A stretch of 46,829 bases of DNA from a virus (Duplodnaviria > Caudoviricetes): positions 1 to 46,829 of IMG/VR virus record IMGVR_UViG_3300012953_000050. One strand, 5' to 3'. Positions 9,127-17,784 of the stretch are shown here, in pieces; position 1 is the first letter of the stretch; every line of letters begins with the position of its first letter. Below the pieces are notes generated by a model, which was not told the origin of the DNA, did not search any database, and worked only from the letters and a program-made list of their open reading frames with translations. Both the position numbers and the translations under genes were made by a program.

Positions 9127-9155
9127 ATTATACCATAAATTGGTCCAATTGTAAA
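9127..9155 (-). promoter_or_regulatory. Early promoter for rpsU-uvsX-gp40-gp41
   Basis: TTTACA-N17-TATAAT overlapping the end of the upstream gene. Confidence 0.8.
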
Positions 9156-10315
9156 GGATTATTTTCACAAATATAGGATCTTTTTTTATTGTCTTGTACT
9201 AGAAACTTAGTTTCAATTAAGTCTAGTTGATTATCAAAATATTTCTTTATCATACGAGCAGGATGTTCAGCTGTAGTAACTGGTACATTCTGACAAATAT
9301 GATTTAAAGAACGTTTAGGATTTAGTAAGATAAAATCGTCTGGTAGTTTCATTAATGATAAAGCTTCACGTACTGTAAGGTATCTATCTTCATCAGGATG
9401 TGTTAAACATGTAGGCATGTGTCCTACAAAAGCACCTATCTTATCTTTGGGTATTTCTGTTGTTTTACGCATTATATTACCACCAGCTTTCAGCTTATGA
9501 TATTGTCTATCGCATTTTTTAGCTACGTTATCGTATCCATTTTCTCTCATCCATTCAGCTACTTTCTTATAATTAGTTCTTTCTTCTATATAATCCATTG
9601 GATTAGTTGTTTTTTCTAACTTAGCTGCAAATTCTTCATGTGTAATACCACCTTCTAATACTTCTAATACGTATCGATAATATGGATTATCAGAAGGCTT
9701 AGCTTCATTACATAATATCTGACTCATTGGATCGTCTTCTCTACGTTCTACGTTACGTATATCATCAGCAATATTACCTGGTCTTTCTAATATATAATCA
9801 AATAAAGGTACATGATCTCCTTCCCAGAAGAAATAAAATGTTCTATCTCTGACTTGACTTAATCCATGAAGGATTGATTTAGTTTTAAATATAGAAAATG
9901 AATAACCATTCTCTTCACCGATCTTTCTAAGTCTTTTAACTACTGGTTCTCCCATCTTAGATGCTAATCTTGGAGCGTTTTCTCCCCAAAAAACTTTTGG
10001 TTTAACCTCACCTAATACATATTCAGCTGACTTATACATCCAATCATTCATTACATTTGTACTACTTGCTGATGGAGAAAGTGAGCTGAGACCTGCACAT
10101 GGGCATACAGTATTAATCACATCAACTTTTTCTGTGTAACTGTGGCCCTCTGAGAGGTTCAAATATGGGACCTCATTGTTATAACGGTGTAAAAGGTGTT
10201 CTTCATTAGCCTGAAAGCCCTCAAATGTAAGGATATATTCAGGTCTTTTACCAAATATATTTTCCATTGCTATTGTTTCTCCACCTATAAGTGGAACTAT
10301 ACTTGCATACTTCAT
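9128..10315 (-). CDS. C5-cytosine DNA methyltransferase-like protein with atypical motif I
   Basis: Motif IV PCAGLS, VI ENAP, VIII QVRDR, IX RYLTVREALSL, X QNVPV; motif I reads PLIGG instead of FxGxGG. Confidence 0.8.
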   Translation of the reverse strand: MKYASIVPLIGGETIAMENIFGKRPEYILTFEGFQANEEHLLHRYNNEVPYLNLSEGHSYTEKVDVINTVCPCAGLSSLSPSASSTNVMNDWMYKSAEYVLGEVKPKVFWGENAPRLASKMGEPVVKRLRKIGEENGYSFSIFKTKSILHGLSQVRDRTFYFFWEGDHVPLFDYILERPGNIADDIRNVERREDDPMSQILCNEAKPSDNPYYRYVLEVLEGGITHEEFAAKLEKTTNPMDYIEERTNYKKVAEWMRENGYDNVAKKCDRQYHKLKAGGNIMRKTTEIPKDKIGAFVGHMPTCLTHPDEDRYLTVREALSLMKLPDDFILLNPKRSLNHICQNVPVTTAEHPARMIKKYFDNQLDLIETKFLVQDNKKRSYICENNPLQLDQFMV

Positions 10316-11319
10316 CCGAAAAACTCCTCCAAGTCATTTGTATCTTCTTCTAATCCATTCCAATATGGATAGAATTCTCTAGATAAATGAATTGACTTAG
10401 GCTTTTCCATATATGCAAAATCCAATTCACCTTGTTTATTTAATAAATATTTTGTCCATTTAATGCCTAATCCAGAGTTGTGTATAATTTCATTAAACAA
10501 GTTTCGTGCATTATTTCTTTCTTCCCATGTTCCATAAAATGGCTGTCCTTTATAGTAACCTGATTGTGGAAGCTTTCTAGACTCATTTTCGATGGGTAGA
10601 AGTTCGTAAATACGACCTGGAACAGATAAGTTCTTCACCTCCGTTACATATCGTTCAGCTAGATCTTTTACGTTCTTCTCCCAACCGCCTTCCAGTCTAC
10701 AAACATGATGTCTTATATCTATATTACCAAAATAGAATTCTACTGAACCTTCAGTCTCCATATTGATATATGATTCTAATCCATCGTTTAATGCTCCATT
10801 CAATGTTTTAAACGGAACACTATTCACAGTCCAACCTGATCTATACATACAGATCGAATGAGAATCTCCTACAACTAATTTCTTAGTTTGATTTGGATAT
10901 ATAACTGTTTCTGCAGTATCGTACATCCTTTTTAAATTATCTATGTCTACTTCCAACCACTCTGGCTGAACTTCTTTCTTAGCTGACTCAAGTTTGCTTT
11001 GTACCATTTCATGGTACGGTGGAAAATCGATTCCAATTGAGTATACCTTTCCCTTAAATTTAGAAAAGTTAACAGTGTTTTGAACATATGGAAAACCATA
11101 GACACCACCAAACATATTGAGACCACCACTCCAGTCGCTGCCATGATAAACCCAAAGACTATCATAGTCATTGTGGTCGCTAATTGTTCCACCATAATTG
11201 ACATCGCAGTGTCCGTATTTTTGTTGTATTTGATCGCCATATATTACTCCTTGCGCTCCTCTGTGGGATGCTGCTCTTTTTGCAATTGGTATGAAAGGAC
11301 AATTAATAATATTCTTCAT
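10312..11319 (-). CDS. Hypothetical protein with SGNH/GDSL hydrolase-acyltransferase-like C-terminal domain
   Basis: VVGDSHS, FYFGNID, SIHL; start moved to MKNIINCPF. Confidence 0.55.
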   Translation of the reverse strand: MKNIINCPFIPIAKRAASHRGAQGVIYGDQIQQKYGHCDVNYGGTISDHNDYDSLWVYHGSDWSGGLNMFGGVYGFPYVQNTVNFSKFKGKVYSIGIDFPPYHEMVQSKLESAKKEVQPEWLEVDIDNLKRMYDTAETVIYPNQTKKLVVGDSHSICMYRSGWTVNSVPFKTLNGALNDGLESYINMETEGSVEFYFGNIDIRHHVCRLEGGWEKNVKDLAERYVTEVKNLSVPGRIYELLPIENESRKLPQSGYYKGQPFYGTWEERNNARNLFNEIIHNSGLGIKWTKYLLNKQGELDFAYMEKPKSIHLSREFYPYWNGLEEDTNDLEEFFG

Positions 11320-11480
11320 TACCAATGCCTCAATATACCTGATATAATAAAAAAGCAAGTTCCAAAATTTACTAGTACAATAATTGTTCTCATAAGAGCA
11401 ACTATATCAGCTTCCTTTGGATCATCTGATGCTTTTTCTCCTAGGGACTTAGCCCACAATTTCCAATAGTATTTTACCAT
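11319..11480 (-). CDS. Small membrane protein, 53 aa (MVKYYWKLWAKSLGEKAS...)
   Basis: Manually found; fills the gap with overlaps on both sides; C-terminal TM helix. Confidence 0.7.
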   Translation of the reverse strand: MVKYYWKLWAKSLGEKASDDPKEADIVALMRTIIVLVNFGTCFFIISGILRHW

Positions 11481-11773
11481 TTGTCTGTATTAACTCCTCT
11501 AGTATTAAATGTACCAGCAGGTTTAGCCTTATCATAATCATAAGGAACTGATACTGCAAATGGATCTGATAATCCTTTACCTACCCATTCACCTGTGTTG
11601 TAAAGAGTAGAAGGATTTACGTGATCTAAATATCTATCAACCCACATATCATTTTTCTTACACCATGCTTCTATTTCTTCATATGTACCATATACAAGTG
11701 TTCCCATTTTATAGGAACTACCATCTGCATGTAATACTCTTGCAATTTCTTGATGTGAAATACAACCCGACAT
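11474..11773 (-). CDS. Hypothetical protein
   Basis: 99-aa ORF coupled to AOX stop. Confidence 0.65.
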   Translation of the reverse strand: MSGCISHQEIARVLHADGSSYKMGTLVYGTYEEIEAWCKKNDMWVDRYLDHVNPSTLYNTGEWVGKGLSDPFAVSVPYDYDKAKPAGTFNTRGVNTDKW

Positions 11774-12348
11774 TATTTTCTTACTCCATCTGCGTATTTG
11801 TGATTAACTTCGCTATGATGTTGTTCATCAGCTCTAACATGTTTAATTAAATCTGATAATCTTGCATCACTACCCATATCATAATATTGTATAGCTAAAT
11901 GTGGCGCTGGAACATTTTCTACTTCACCGCTTTCAACTAAGTTTAAATATTCTGTATAACTAATAACAGCTTCTTCTTCAAAGTAAGCTATCATTCTATG
12001 TGCTGTTCTATAACTCAGAATATAAACTGCGAAATAGAATAGCATAAAAATTCCTTGTGCTAACATAACCAACGTTCTTTCAAACCAGTTTGGCTTAACT
12101 AATTGTATAAAGAACATTAAATGCATTCTTTCGTTTTCTGCTTCAGCTAGCATTTCTCTTATGTCTGGTCCATAACCAGTTTTCATCTTTCTTAAACTTT
12201 TTAAATGTAACCACATACCAGCCACCATACCTGGAACACCAGCAATAGTTTCTAATACAATAGCTCTATGACCATATCTTTTTGCAAAAAAAGTATCCGC
12301 AATAAAACGGAAAAACTTTGTCATAGCTTTTGCAAATAAATCTCTCAT
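11773..12348 (-). CDS. aox: Alternative oxidase (ubiquinol oxidase, di-iron)
   Basis: LETIAGVPGMV, EAENERMHL, FEEEAVISY, RADEQHH iron-binding motifs. Confidence 0.95.
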   Translation of the reverse strand: MRDLFAKAMTKFFRFIADTFFAKRYGHRAIVLETIAGVPGMVAGMWLHLKSLRKMKTGYGPDIREMLAEAENERMHLMFFIQLVKPNWFERTLVMLAQGIFMLFYFAVYILSYRTAHRMIAYFEEEAVISYTEYLNLVESGEVENVPAPHLAIQYYDMGSDARLSDLIKHVRADEQHHSEVNHKYADGVRK

Positions 12349-13067
12349 TTTCTCCTTCTCATGAATATATCTACTCCGAAAAGAGAACCACTTCCTGCAA
12401 TCTCAAGCTCTGGAAACTCCCAGAAGTTATCATTTTCAAATCCGTAATCAGCGCGTGCTCTTACTATTTTAAAATCTTTCATTATATTATTATACCACAT
12501 TTCCATGAATTTGTAAACGTTTGATTTATTATGTAATTCTAGAGCGAATTCTTCTATATACTTCGGTAATATACCATTGTTTTGTTCTAACCAATGAGCT
12601 TCTGTACCTTCAATATCCATCTTTAAATGTGTTGGTCTATGCTCATCAAGTACTTTATCTATATTATAATTAGTTACTTCATATCTTAATGTTCTTCGTT
12701 TCTTTGAACGATAGTTAGGAGTTACAGAACCTGAACATGTTCCTTGATCTGTAGGAGTTCTATAAAAGGTTAGAGTTTCATCATTTAAATGAGATACTGC
12801 AGCTTTATGAATAATACCTTTATCACTTGGAAAATTCTTAGCTAGAATCTCAAAGTTTTCTGGATCAGCTTCATATCCAATATATTCATCCACGTTTTCA
12901 TTCTTACACATATGAGCAAAGCCACCGATGTTAGCTCCAAAATCTACTACTACAGACCCAGGGAAAAATCTAAAATCTTCGTAGTTATTTCTACAGTCAT
13001 TTATCATATTTCTATCAGTTCTATTTCCTTTTCGATGTAGAACGCCTTTATATTCTCTTAATTCCAT
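12345..13067 (-). CDS. FkbM-family SAM-dependent methyltransferase
   Basis: VVDFGANIG, YEADPEN, LKMDIEGTE. Confidence 0.88.
   Translation of the reverse strand: MELREYKGVLHRKGNRTDRNMINDCRNNYEDFRFFPGSVVVDFGANIGGFAHMCKNENVDEYIGYEADPENFEILAKNFPSDKGIIHKAAVSHLNDETLTFYRTPTDQGTCSGSVTPNYRSKKRRTLRYEVTNYNIDKVLDEHRPTHLKMDIEGTEAHWLEQNNGILPKYIEEFALELHNKSNVYKFMEMWYNNIMKDFKIVRARADYGFENDNFWEFPELEIAGSGSLFGVDIFMRRRK
12489..12517 (-). promoter_or_regulatory. Early promoter embedded in FkbM gene, upstream of aox
   Basis: CGTTTACA-N17-TATAAT with TGTGG. Confidence 0.7.
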
Positions 13068-14140
13068 TACATAAACTCCGATAATGATTGTGTATTTGTT
13101 GTCTTAGCTCTTGCTACTTGCCTACGAGCGCATGCTTTTTCATCATCTCGTATTTGTAGATATACACCAAACTGACAACACAATACTTCTGTTCCATAGT
13201 ATTTAAGAGAGTTTTGTTCTTCAGCAAATAAAGAACTTCCGTCTCTTAGTTTGATATTGAATGCATTCTTATCAAAATCTACATTAGCTGTAAGACCAAC
13301 TTCATCTGAATTTTCTCTTAGAAAGTATATAGCATCTGCATAAGCTTTCTTTGGCGCATTCGGCCACATTAATTTAATTGTATATACTGCACCAGGACCA
13401 GGAGATACGAATCTCTGATCATGATGGTATTTCATTTGGGGTAATACTGAGGTAGAAGCTGCGCAATGGAAGCCATAGTATTCTCCAACTCCTGGTAGGG
13501 TACGAAGAAGCTTATACACTTGTTCCATATTTTGACAATTAAGCATTCCTTCAATTATTTTTGTATCTCTAAACGAAGCAACCCATTCACATACATCGAA
13601 TGCATGGAACTTTCTATTTGGTTGATTATAATAATCCCGACAAAAGTTTCTTGATGCTGTTTGAATTGATGTATGTAATTCTGTTGTACCCCATATTGGT
13701 TGTTTGTTTTTAGTAGCTTTATCTAAATTACCTTTTATATAAGCTTTGTAATCATTCGCTTTGTTAGCAATTCTATCAAAGTCTACAAATTCTCCATCTT
13801 GGCCTGATGCTAAGAAATGAACTCCTCTTGCTCCATAGAAATGAGAGATAATTGTATTACATACAATATTATTTAAACTCATTTGATGAGAAGCAATTTG
13901 AGTACCAATGAATCTCATACGATCATCAAGAGTAATTGTTGGATGGAAATATTCGACATCTTCGCCTAAGCCAAAGTCAATGTCTCCATGCCGGTTTACA
14001 GCTTCGTATTTTTCAGATATAAAGCCTTGCTGGATGCAGGCTCTTTGATTAATTTTATAAAGGAACCAATTAAAGTCCTTCATTAATTCTTTATCGTATG
14101 TATTCCAGTCGTATAAGTATTTAGTATTCGAGTATCCCAT
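13067..14140 (-). CDS. aGPT-Pplase1 / amino acid:DNA transferase-like (HhH glycosylase fold) DNA modification protein
   Basis: LRTLPGVGEYYG HhH, SPGPGA, C-terminal EVLCCQFGVY resembling the family CExxKY box. Confidence 0.65.
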   Translation of the reverse strand: MGYSNTKYLYDWNTYDKELMKDFNWFLYKINQRACIQQGFISEKYEAVNRHGDIDFGLGEDVEYFHPTITLDDRMRFIGTQIASHQMSLNNIVCNTIISHFYGARGVHFLASGQDGEFVDFDRIANKANDYKAYIKGNLDKATKNKQPIWGTTELHTSIQTASRNFCRDYYNQPNRKFHAFDVCEWVASFRDTKIIEGMLNCQNMEQVYKLLRTLPGVGEYYGFHCAASTSVLPQMKYHHDQRFVSPGPGAVYTIKLMWPNAPKKAYADAIYFLRENSDEVGLTANVDFDKNAFNIKLRDGSSLFAEEQNSLKYYGTEVLCCQFGVYLQIRDDEKACARRQVARAKTTNTQSLSEFM

Positions 14141-14495
14141 CTTCTCGTTTCAAATGTATAATATTAAGTTCTGGATGATCTTTCCTAATTTCTTTTATTT
14201 GGATCGGATCATCTTCAAAATGCATTCCAATGTCATAACCTAATTTTTTCAATGTAGTAATTATTCCAGCTTTAAACTTCCCTGAAGTATTTCTATTGTA
14301 TCTAATGTTATCTCTTGCAAGAGGATTCATATATACAGTATTATCTATACCTCTAGAAATAAGCATTTCTTGAGTCTTTTTAAATTCGTAGATCGGCCGC
14401 CCAGTTATGATTATATCACCATAACTAGGTCTTACGCCTGTAAACTCTTCTCCAAAGTAAATTACACCATCAATATCAAATGTATTAATCTTCAT
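14121..14495 (-). CDS. HAD-superfamily phosphatase
   Basis: FDIDGV, ITGR, K, FEDD motifs. Confidence 0.85.
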   Translation of the reverse strand: MKINTFDIDGVIYFGEEFTGVRPSYGDIIITGRPIYEFKKTQEMLISRGIDNTVYMNPLARDNIRYNRNTSGKFKAGIITTLKKLGYDIGMHFEDDPIQIKEIRKDHPELNIIHLKREDGILEY

Positions 14496-15777
14496 AATCC
14501 GTACTATCAGTTTGAAAGGTATGAGCTAAATCTTCAGCTCTTGGACTACTATCAGCTAATTGCAATGATGTAATAGGAGTAAGTGTTCTCCTAGATAACG
14601 CATCACATTCAAATTTTGCATCTGCAGTAAGCATTTGTACTGGTGGAGATTTTTGAGTCCAAGCCGAAGCTCCTCTTAAATATCCTACAATACCCATTTC
14701 ACTTGCTACTTTACAGAATCGAATAGCTGAAACAACTACACCACCAGAGTTTGGCGAATCTTGAACAGAAAGTCTAGCTGACATTTCATATCTTGCTCCA
14801 CCAAATCCATAAGCAACCATATCAAAGTTAGCAATCTTATTATCTGATGCTATATATTCTGCTCCTGGTTTTTGTTGAACGGTAAGAGATGGACCAGCAA
14901 ATAAAGTCATACCTGCTGTAGACTCATCCCTTACAATATTTTGTCCTTTTAGTACATTTTCTTTTGAGACATGTTTTGAATGTAATCTATATTCTTTTGC
15001 CATGTTTAAGAAGTCTGTATTTGCAGTTCTACCAGTTCTAATATGTTCTTGACCTTGAGTAGAACCTGCAGCCATATTCATTTGAATATGTTGTGTGACT
15101 TGTAAACCAGCATCGAGCATAGCGCCTTGTAATACTTCTGACATTCTTGAAGCACCCCAGGCCGATCTCATATCTGATCCGATAATAGTTAATCCTTTAT
15201 CAATAAATCTTTGTTCTACTTCCATTGCTTTATCTGTAGAAATTAAAGTTGGAATACAATTTACAAAATGTACACCAGCATCTAAAGCAACATTAATCCA
15301 ATAATCAGTTGCATCATCTGAACCTACAGGTAAGTAATTAATAAGAACATCCACTTCATGATATTTTAGCAATTCAATTGTTCTCTCTTGAGATTCAGCT
15401 GGAATTGCTCCATTTACAAAGGTAACATCATCAGGATAATCATTCATATGTGGAGCTATTCCGTCCATTTCTGGAGCTGAATAACATAACGCATCTGGAT
15501 GAACACACGAAGTATTTGATATAGTATCAATTTTATCTACATGGTCCATAGAACAGTTAGGTTTAGCTCTTAAAGCTTTGTGTAATTTTTTATTGACTTT
15601 TCTCTTATCAATATCAAATCCACATACAAATTCGAGGTCATTAGTAGTATACCCACCAATATCTGGGTACATTAAACCAACAACATCTTCTGGATTCTCG
15701 TTGTAGTATTGAACGCCCTCAACGAGAGATTTGGCGCATGATCCGACACCTATGATGCCGACTTTTATTTTTGACAT
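14485..15777 (-). CDS. ino1: myo-inositol-1-phosphate synthase
   Basis: GIIGVGSCA, INYLPVGS, NTDFLNM, SKHVSK, DNK, DSPNSGG. Confidence 0.93.
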   Translation of the reverse strand: MSKIKVGIIGVGSCAKSLVEGVQYYNENPEDVVGLMYPDIGGYTTNDLEFVCGFDIDKRKVNKKLHKALRAKPNCSMDHVDKIDTISNTSCVHPDALCYSAPEMDGIAPHMNDYPDDVTFVNGAIPAESQERTIELLKYHEVDVLINYLPVGSDDATDYWINVALDAGVHFVNCIPTLISTDKAMEVEQRFIDKGLTIIGSDMRSAWGASRMSEVLQGAMLDAGLQVTQHIQMNMAAGSTQGQEHIRTGRTANTDFLNMAKEYRLHSKHVSKENVLKGQNIVRDESTAGMTLFAGPSLTVQQKPGAEYIASDNKIANFDMVAYGFGGARYEMSARLSVQDSPNSGGVVVSAIRFCKVASEMGIVGYLRGASAWTQKSPPVQMLTADAKFECDALSRRTLTPITSLQLADSSPRAEDLAHTFQTDSTDYED

Positions 15778-15854
15778 AAGTTTTTCCTCCTTTTATATCA
15801 GTTTATTATAGTGAGTAGATTTGGCTGGAGGCCAGAGTAGCTCACTCTATAATA

Positions 15855-15862
15855 TATTTATA
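15855..15862 (-). promoter_or_regulatory. T4 late promoter with hairpin leader upstream of ino1
   Basis: TATAAATA immediately after dCMP deaminase stop; GTGAG/CTCAC stem at 15811-15845. Confidence 0.7.
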
Positions 15863-15863
15863 A

Positions 15864-16310
15864 TTAAACAAAATCGTACTCAATTCCTGCTTCTTCAAAC
15901 AATTCAAGTGTAGTATATAATGATTGCTTCCATTTAATTGGAACTACACTTGGATCTGATATCTTCGGAGATACTACTCTGAGTATACCAGCTTGAATTA
16001 TTCCTTTAGCACATTCATTGCATACTGGTAATCCATAAACATACATAGTAGAACCTATTAAACTAGATCCTTGATATGCTGCGTTATAGATACAATTCAT
16101 TTCAGCATGTACTACATACTTATACTTTGATTCTTTATCAGCTAATCTAAATTCGTTATCTTCGATACCTCTAGGGAAACCATTATAGCCTTGAGCAATA
16201 ACTCCACCATAATCTGATACTGCTATAGCACCAACTTGAGTGCTAGGATCTTTTGACCATGTTGAAACTTCTTTTGCTAATCCTAAATATCTACTATCCC
16301 ACTTATCCAT
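15864..16310 (-). CDS. cd: dCMP deaminase
   Basis: SKDPSTQVG, GYNG, HAEMN, PVCNEC. Confidence 0.93.
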   Translation of the reverse strand: MDKWDSRYLGLAKEVSTWSKDPSTQVGAIAVSDYGGVIAQGYNGFPRGIEDNEFRLADKESKYKYVVHAEMNCIYNAAYQGSSLIGSTMYVYGLPVCNECAKGIIQAGILRVVSPKISDPSVVPIKWKQSLYTTLELFEEAGIEYDFV

Positions 16311-16994
16311 TTATTTCACCAAATCGAAATGTCTTTCATATACATGTAAATTTTGTACTTGCCAGAATATATCTCCGGCAGTTAATGTTCCATGATATAG
16401 TTCTTTGTTTATATCACTAGTTAAACAATTTAATACATATTCTTGCCAAGCAAAATCGTTACGATATCCGAATACTACATCATTAGATCTCATTTGAACA
16501 ACTGCATCGACTTGACTATTACGAATATAATAAGTTACTGCATTCGTGCAAATAAAATCTGATTTACCACCTTGATAATATTCAGTCCATATAGACGGTC
16601 TTTGATATATCATCGATGCTCTACGAGAATCTGGATTTTCACTTATTTCTTGAAGTACAGATTCATATTGATTATGATATTGTTCTGAATAAATAAGTTT
16701 ACCATAATTCGAATTGATATTACCATGAGGGTCAGCTGATCCAACCCAAGCTGCAGGTGGTTCTCTTTCTCCAGCATATATATCATTTATATTTGTCGAC
16801 TCAGATTCATACCAATCAATTTCTTTATCGATATAATCTGTATTAGGTTTACCAAATATTGCTGGTTTATCTGCTAAGAAATTAGCACCAATTATTTCAA
16901 TTGTTTTACAGCCAGTTTTATCTGTTGTAAACTCTTTATTTTCAAGAGCATTTACAAAGATTTCTGCAATATCTTTAGTCGTGTTCTGATACAT
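16311..16994 (-). CDS. gp42: dCMP hydroxymethyltransferase (T4 gp42-like)
   Basis: DKTGCKTIEIIGA, INSNYG, DFICTN, MRSNDVVFGYRNDFAWQ with Asp at the dCMP-specificity position; start moved to MYQN. Confidence 0.9.
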   Translation of the reverse strand: MYQNTTKDIAEIFVNALENKEFTTDKTGCKTIEIIGANFLADKPAIFGKPNTDYIDKEIDWYESESTNINDIYAGEREPPAAWVGSADPHGNINSNYGKLIYSEQYHNQYESVLQEISENPDSRRASMIYQRPSIWTEYYQGGKSDFICTNAVTYYIRNSQVDAVVQMRSNDVVFGYRNDFAWQEYVLNCLTSDINKELYHGTLTAGDIFWQVQNLHVYERHFDLVK

Positions 16995-17310
16995 CAATTT
17001 TCCTTTTGTTAAACATGTCACGATCAGGATCTTGTCCTTCCATCTTACCACGAATATATGATACTGCAAAACTTGCATAGTTAACCATATCTTTGTAGGT
17101 ATCTTCTAGCGATTCATAATTAGGTTCGTTACCTGATTCTATAATAGAAGTCGCACGCTGCATTTTACCGATCAATATATCATGAATAGTATCAATACCT
17201 CTGCGATAATGCATTGCTTGTAGAACAGTTGATTCCTGACTTTGATAGTCTTGAGATTTTTTAGTTTGCATTTCTGCACATTCTTGTAATACTTTTAAAC
17301 TTTCTTTCAT
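16975..17310 (-). CDS. Nucleotide-modification-associated domain protein (Nmad1/DUF1599-like)
   Basis: KKSQDY...K..R...ESLEDTYKDMVNYA pattern; adjacent to gp42. Confidence 0.7.
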   Translation of the reverse strand: MKESLKVLQECAEMQTKKSQDYQSQESTVLQAMHYRRGIDTIHDILIGKMQRATSIIESGNEPNYESLEDTYKDMVNYASFAVSYIRGKMEGQDPDRDMFNKRKIDVSEHD

Positions 17311-17317
17311 ATTATAT

Positions 17318-17346
17318 ATTATACCATAGTTTCAATGAAATGTAAA
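17318..17346 (-). promoter_or_regulatory. Early promoter, leaderless transcript
   Basis: TTTACA-N17-TATAAT, ATG 7 nt after the -10. Confidence 0.85.
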
Positions 17347-17364
17347 GGATTAATTTCATTTATT

Positions 17365-17784
17365 TTAGTCTGCAATGTAAGTAATACCTTGCTCATTTAA
17401 TATTGCTCGATTCCATAAATGTCCTTGTTCAGTATCGTCTTTTGACTGGCCAAGGTAAGGAACTGCATGATACTCATCAATCATTTGCTGATTCACGCTT
17501 ATCGGGTTATCATCAATAAAAAGTTCACCAAGTATCCTACCAAATTTACCTTTGTCATGAGATACTAATTGAACTTCTTTACCTTCTAGTTTAGAAACAA
17601 GATGTGCTTTACTCGCTTTACCATAGAACTTTTCTTCTAAGTCTCTTGTTCTTGATTCCGGAGTATCTATGCCCATCATTCTTACTCTTTGCTTTTTATA
17701 GATCATTCCAAATCCTAAATCGACATCTACATCAACTGTATCGCCGTCTACGATTCTTGTAACCTCTACTTTATATCTATACAT
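17365..17784 (-). CDS. Thermonuclease (SNase family)
   Basis: IVDGDT, RMMGIDTPE, GKFGRILG; start moved to MYRYKV. Confidence 0.9.
   Translation of the reverse strand: MYRYKVEVTRIVDGDTVDVDVDLGFGMIYKKQRVRMMGIDTPESRTRDLEEKFYGKASKAHLVSKLEGKEVQLVSHDKGKFGRILGELFIDDNPISVNQQMIDEYHAVPYLGQSKDDTEQGHLWNRAILNEQGITYIAD

Noticed and set aside
16311-16994. Second thymidylate synthase (thyA) or dUMP hydroxymethylase
   Set aside because: Sequence follows T4 gp42 closely and has Asp at the specificity position; ThyX already supplies dTMP
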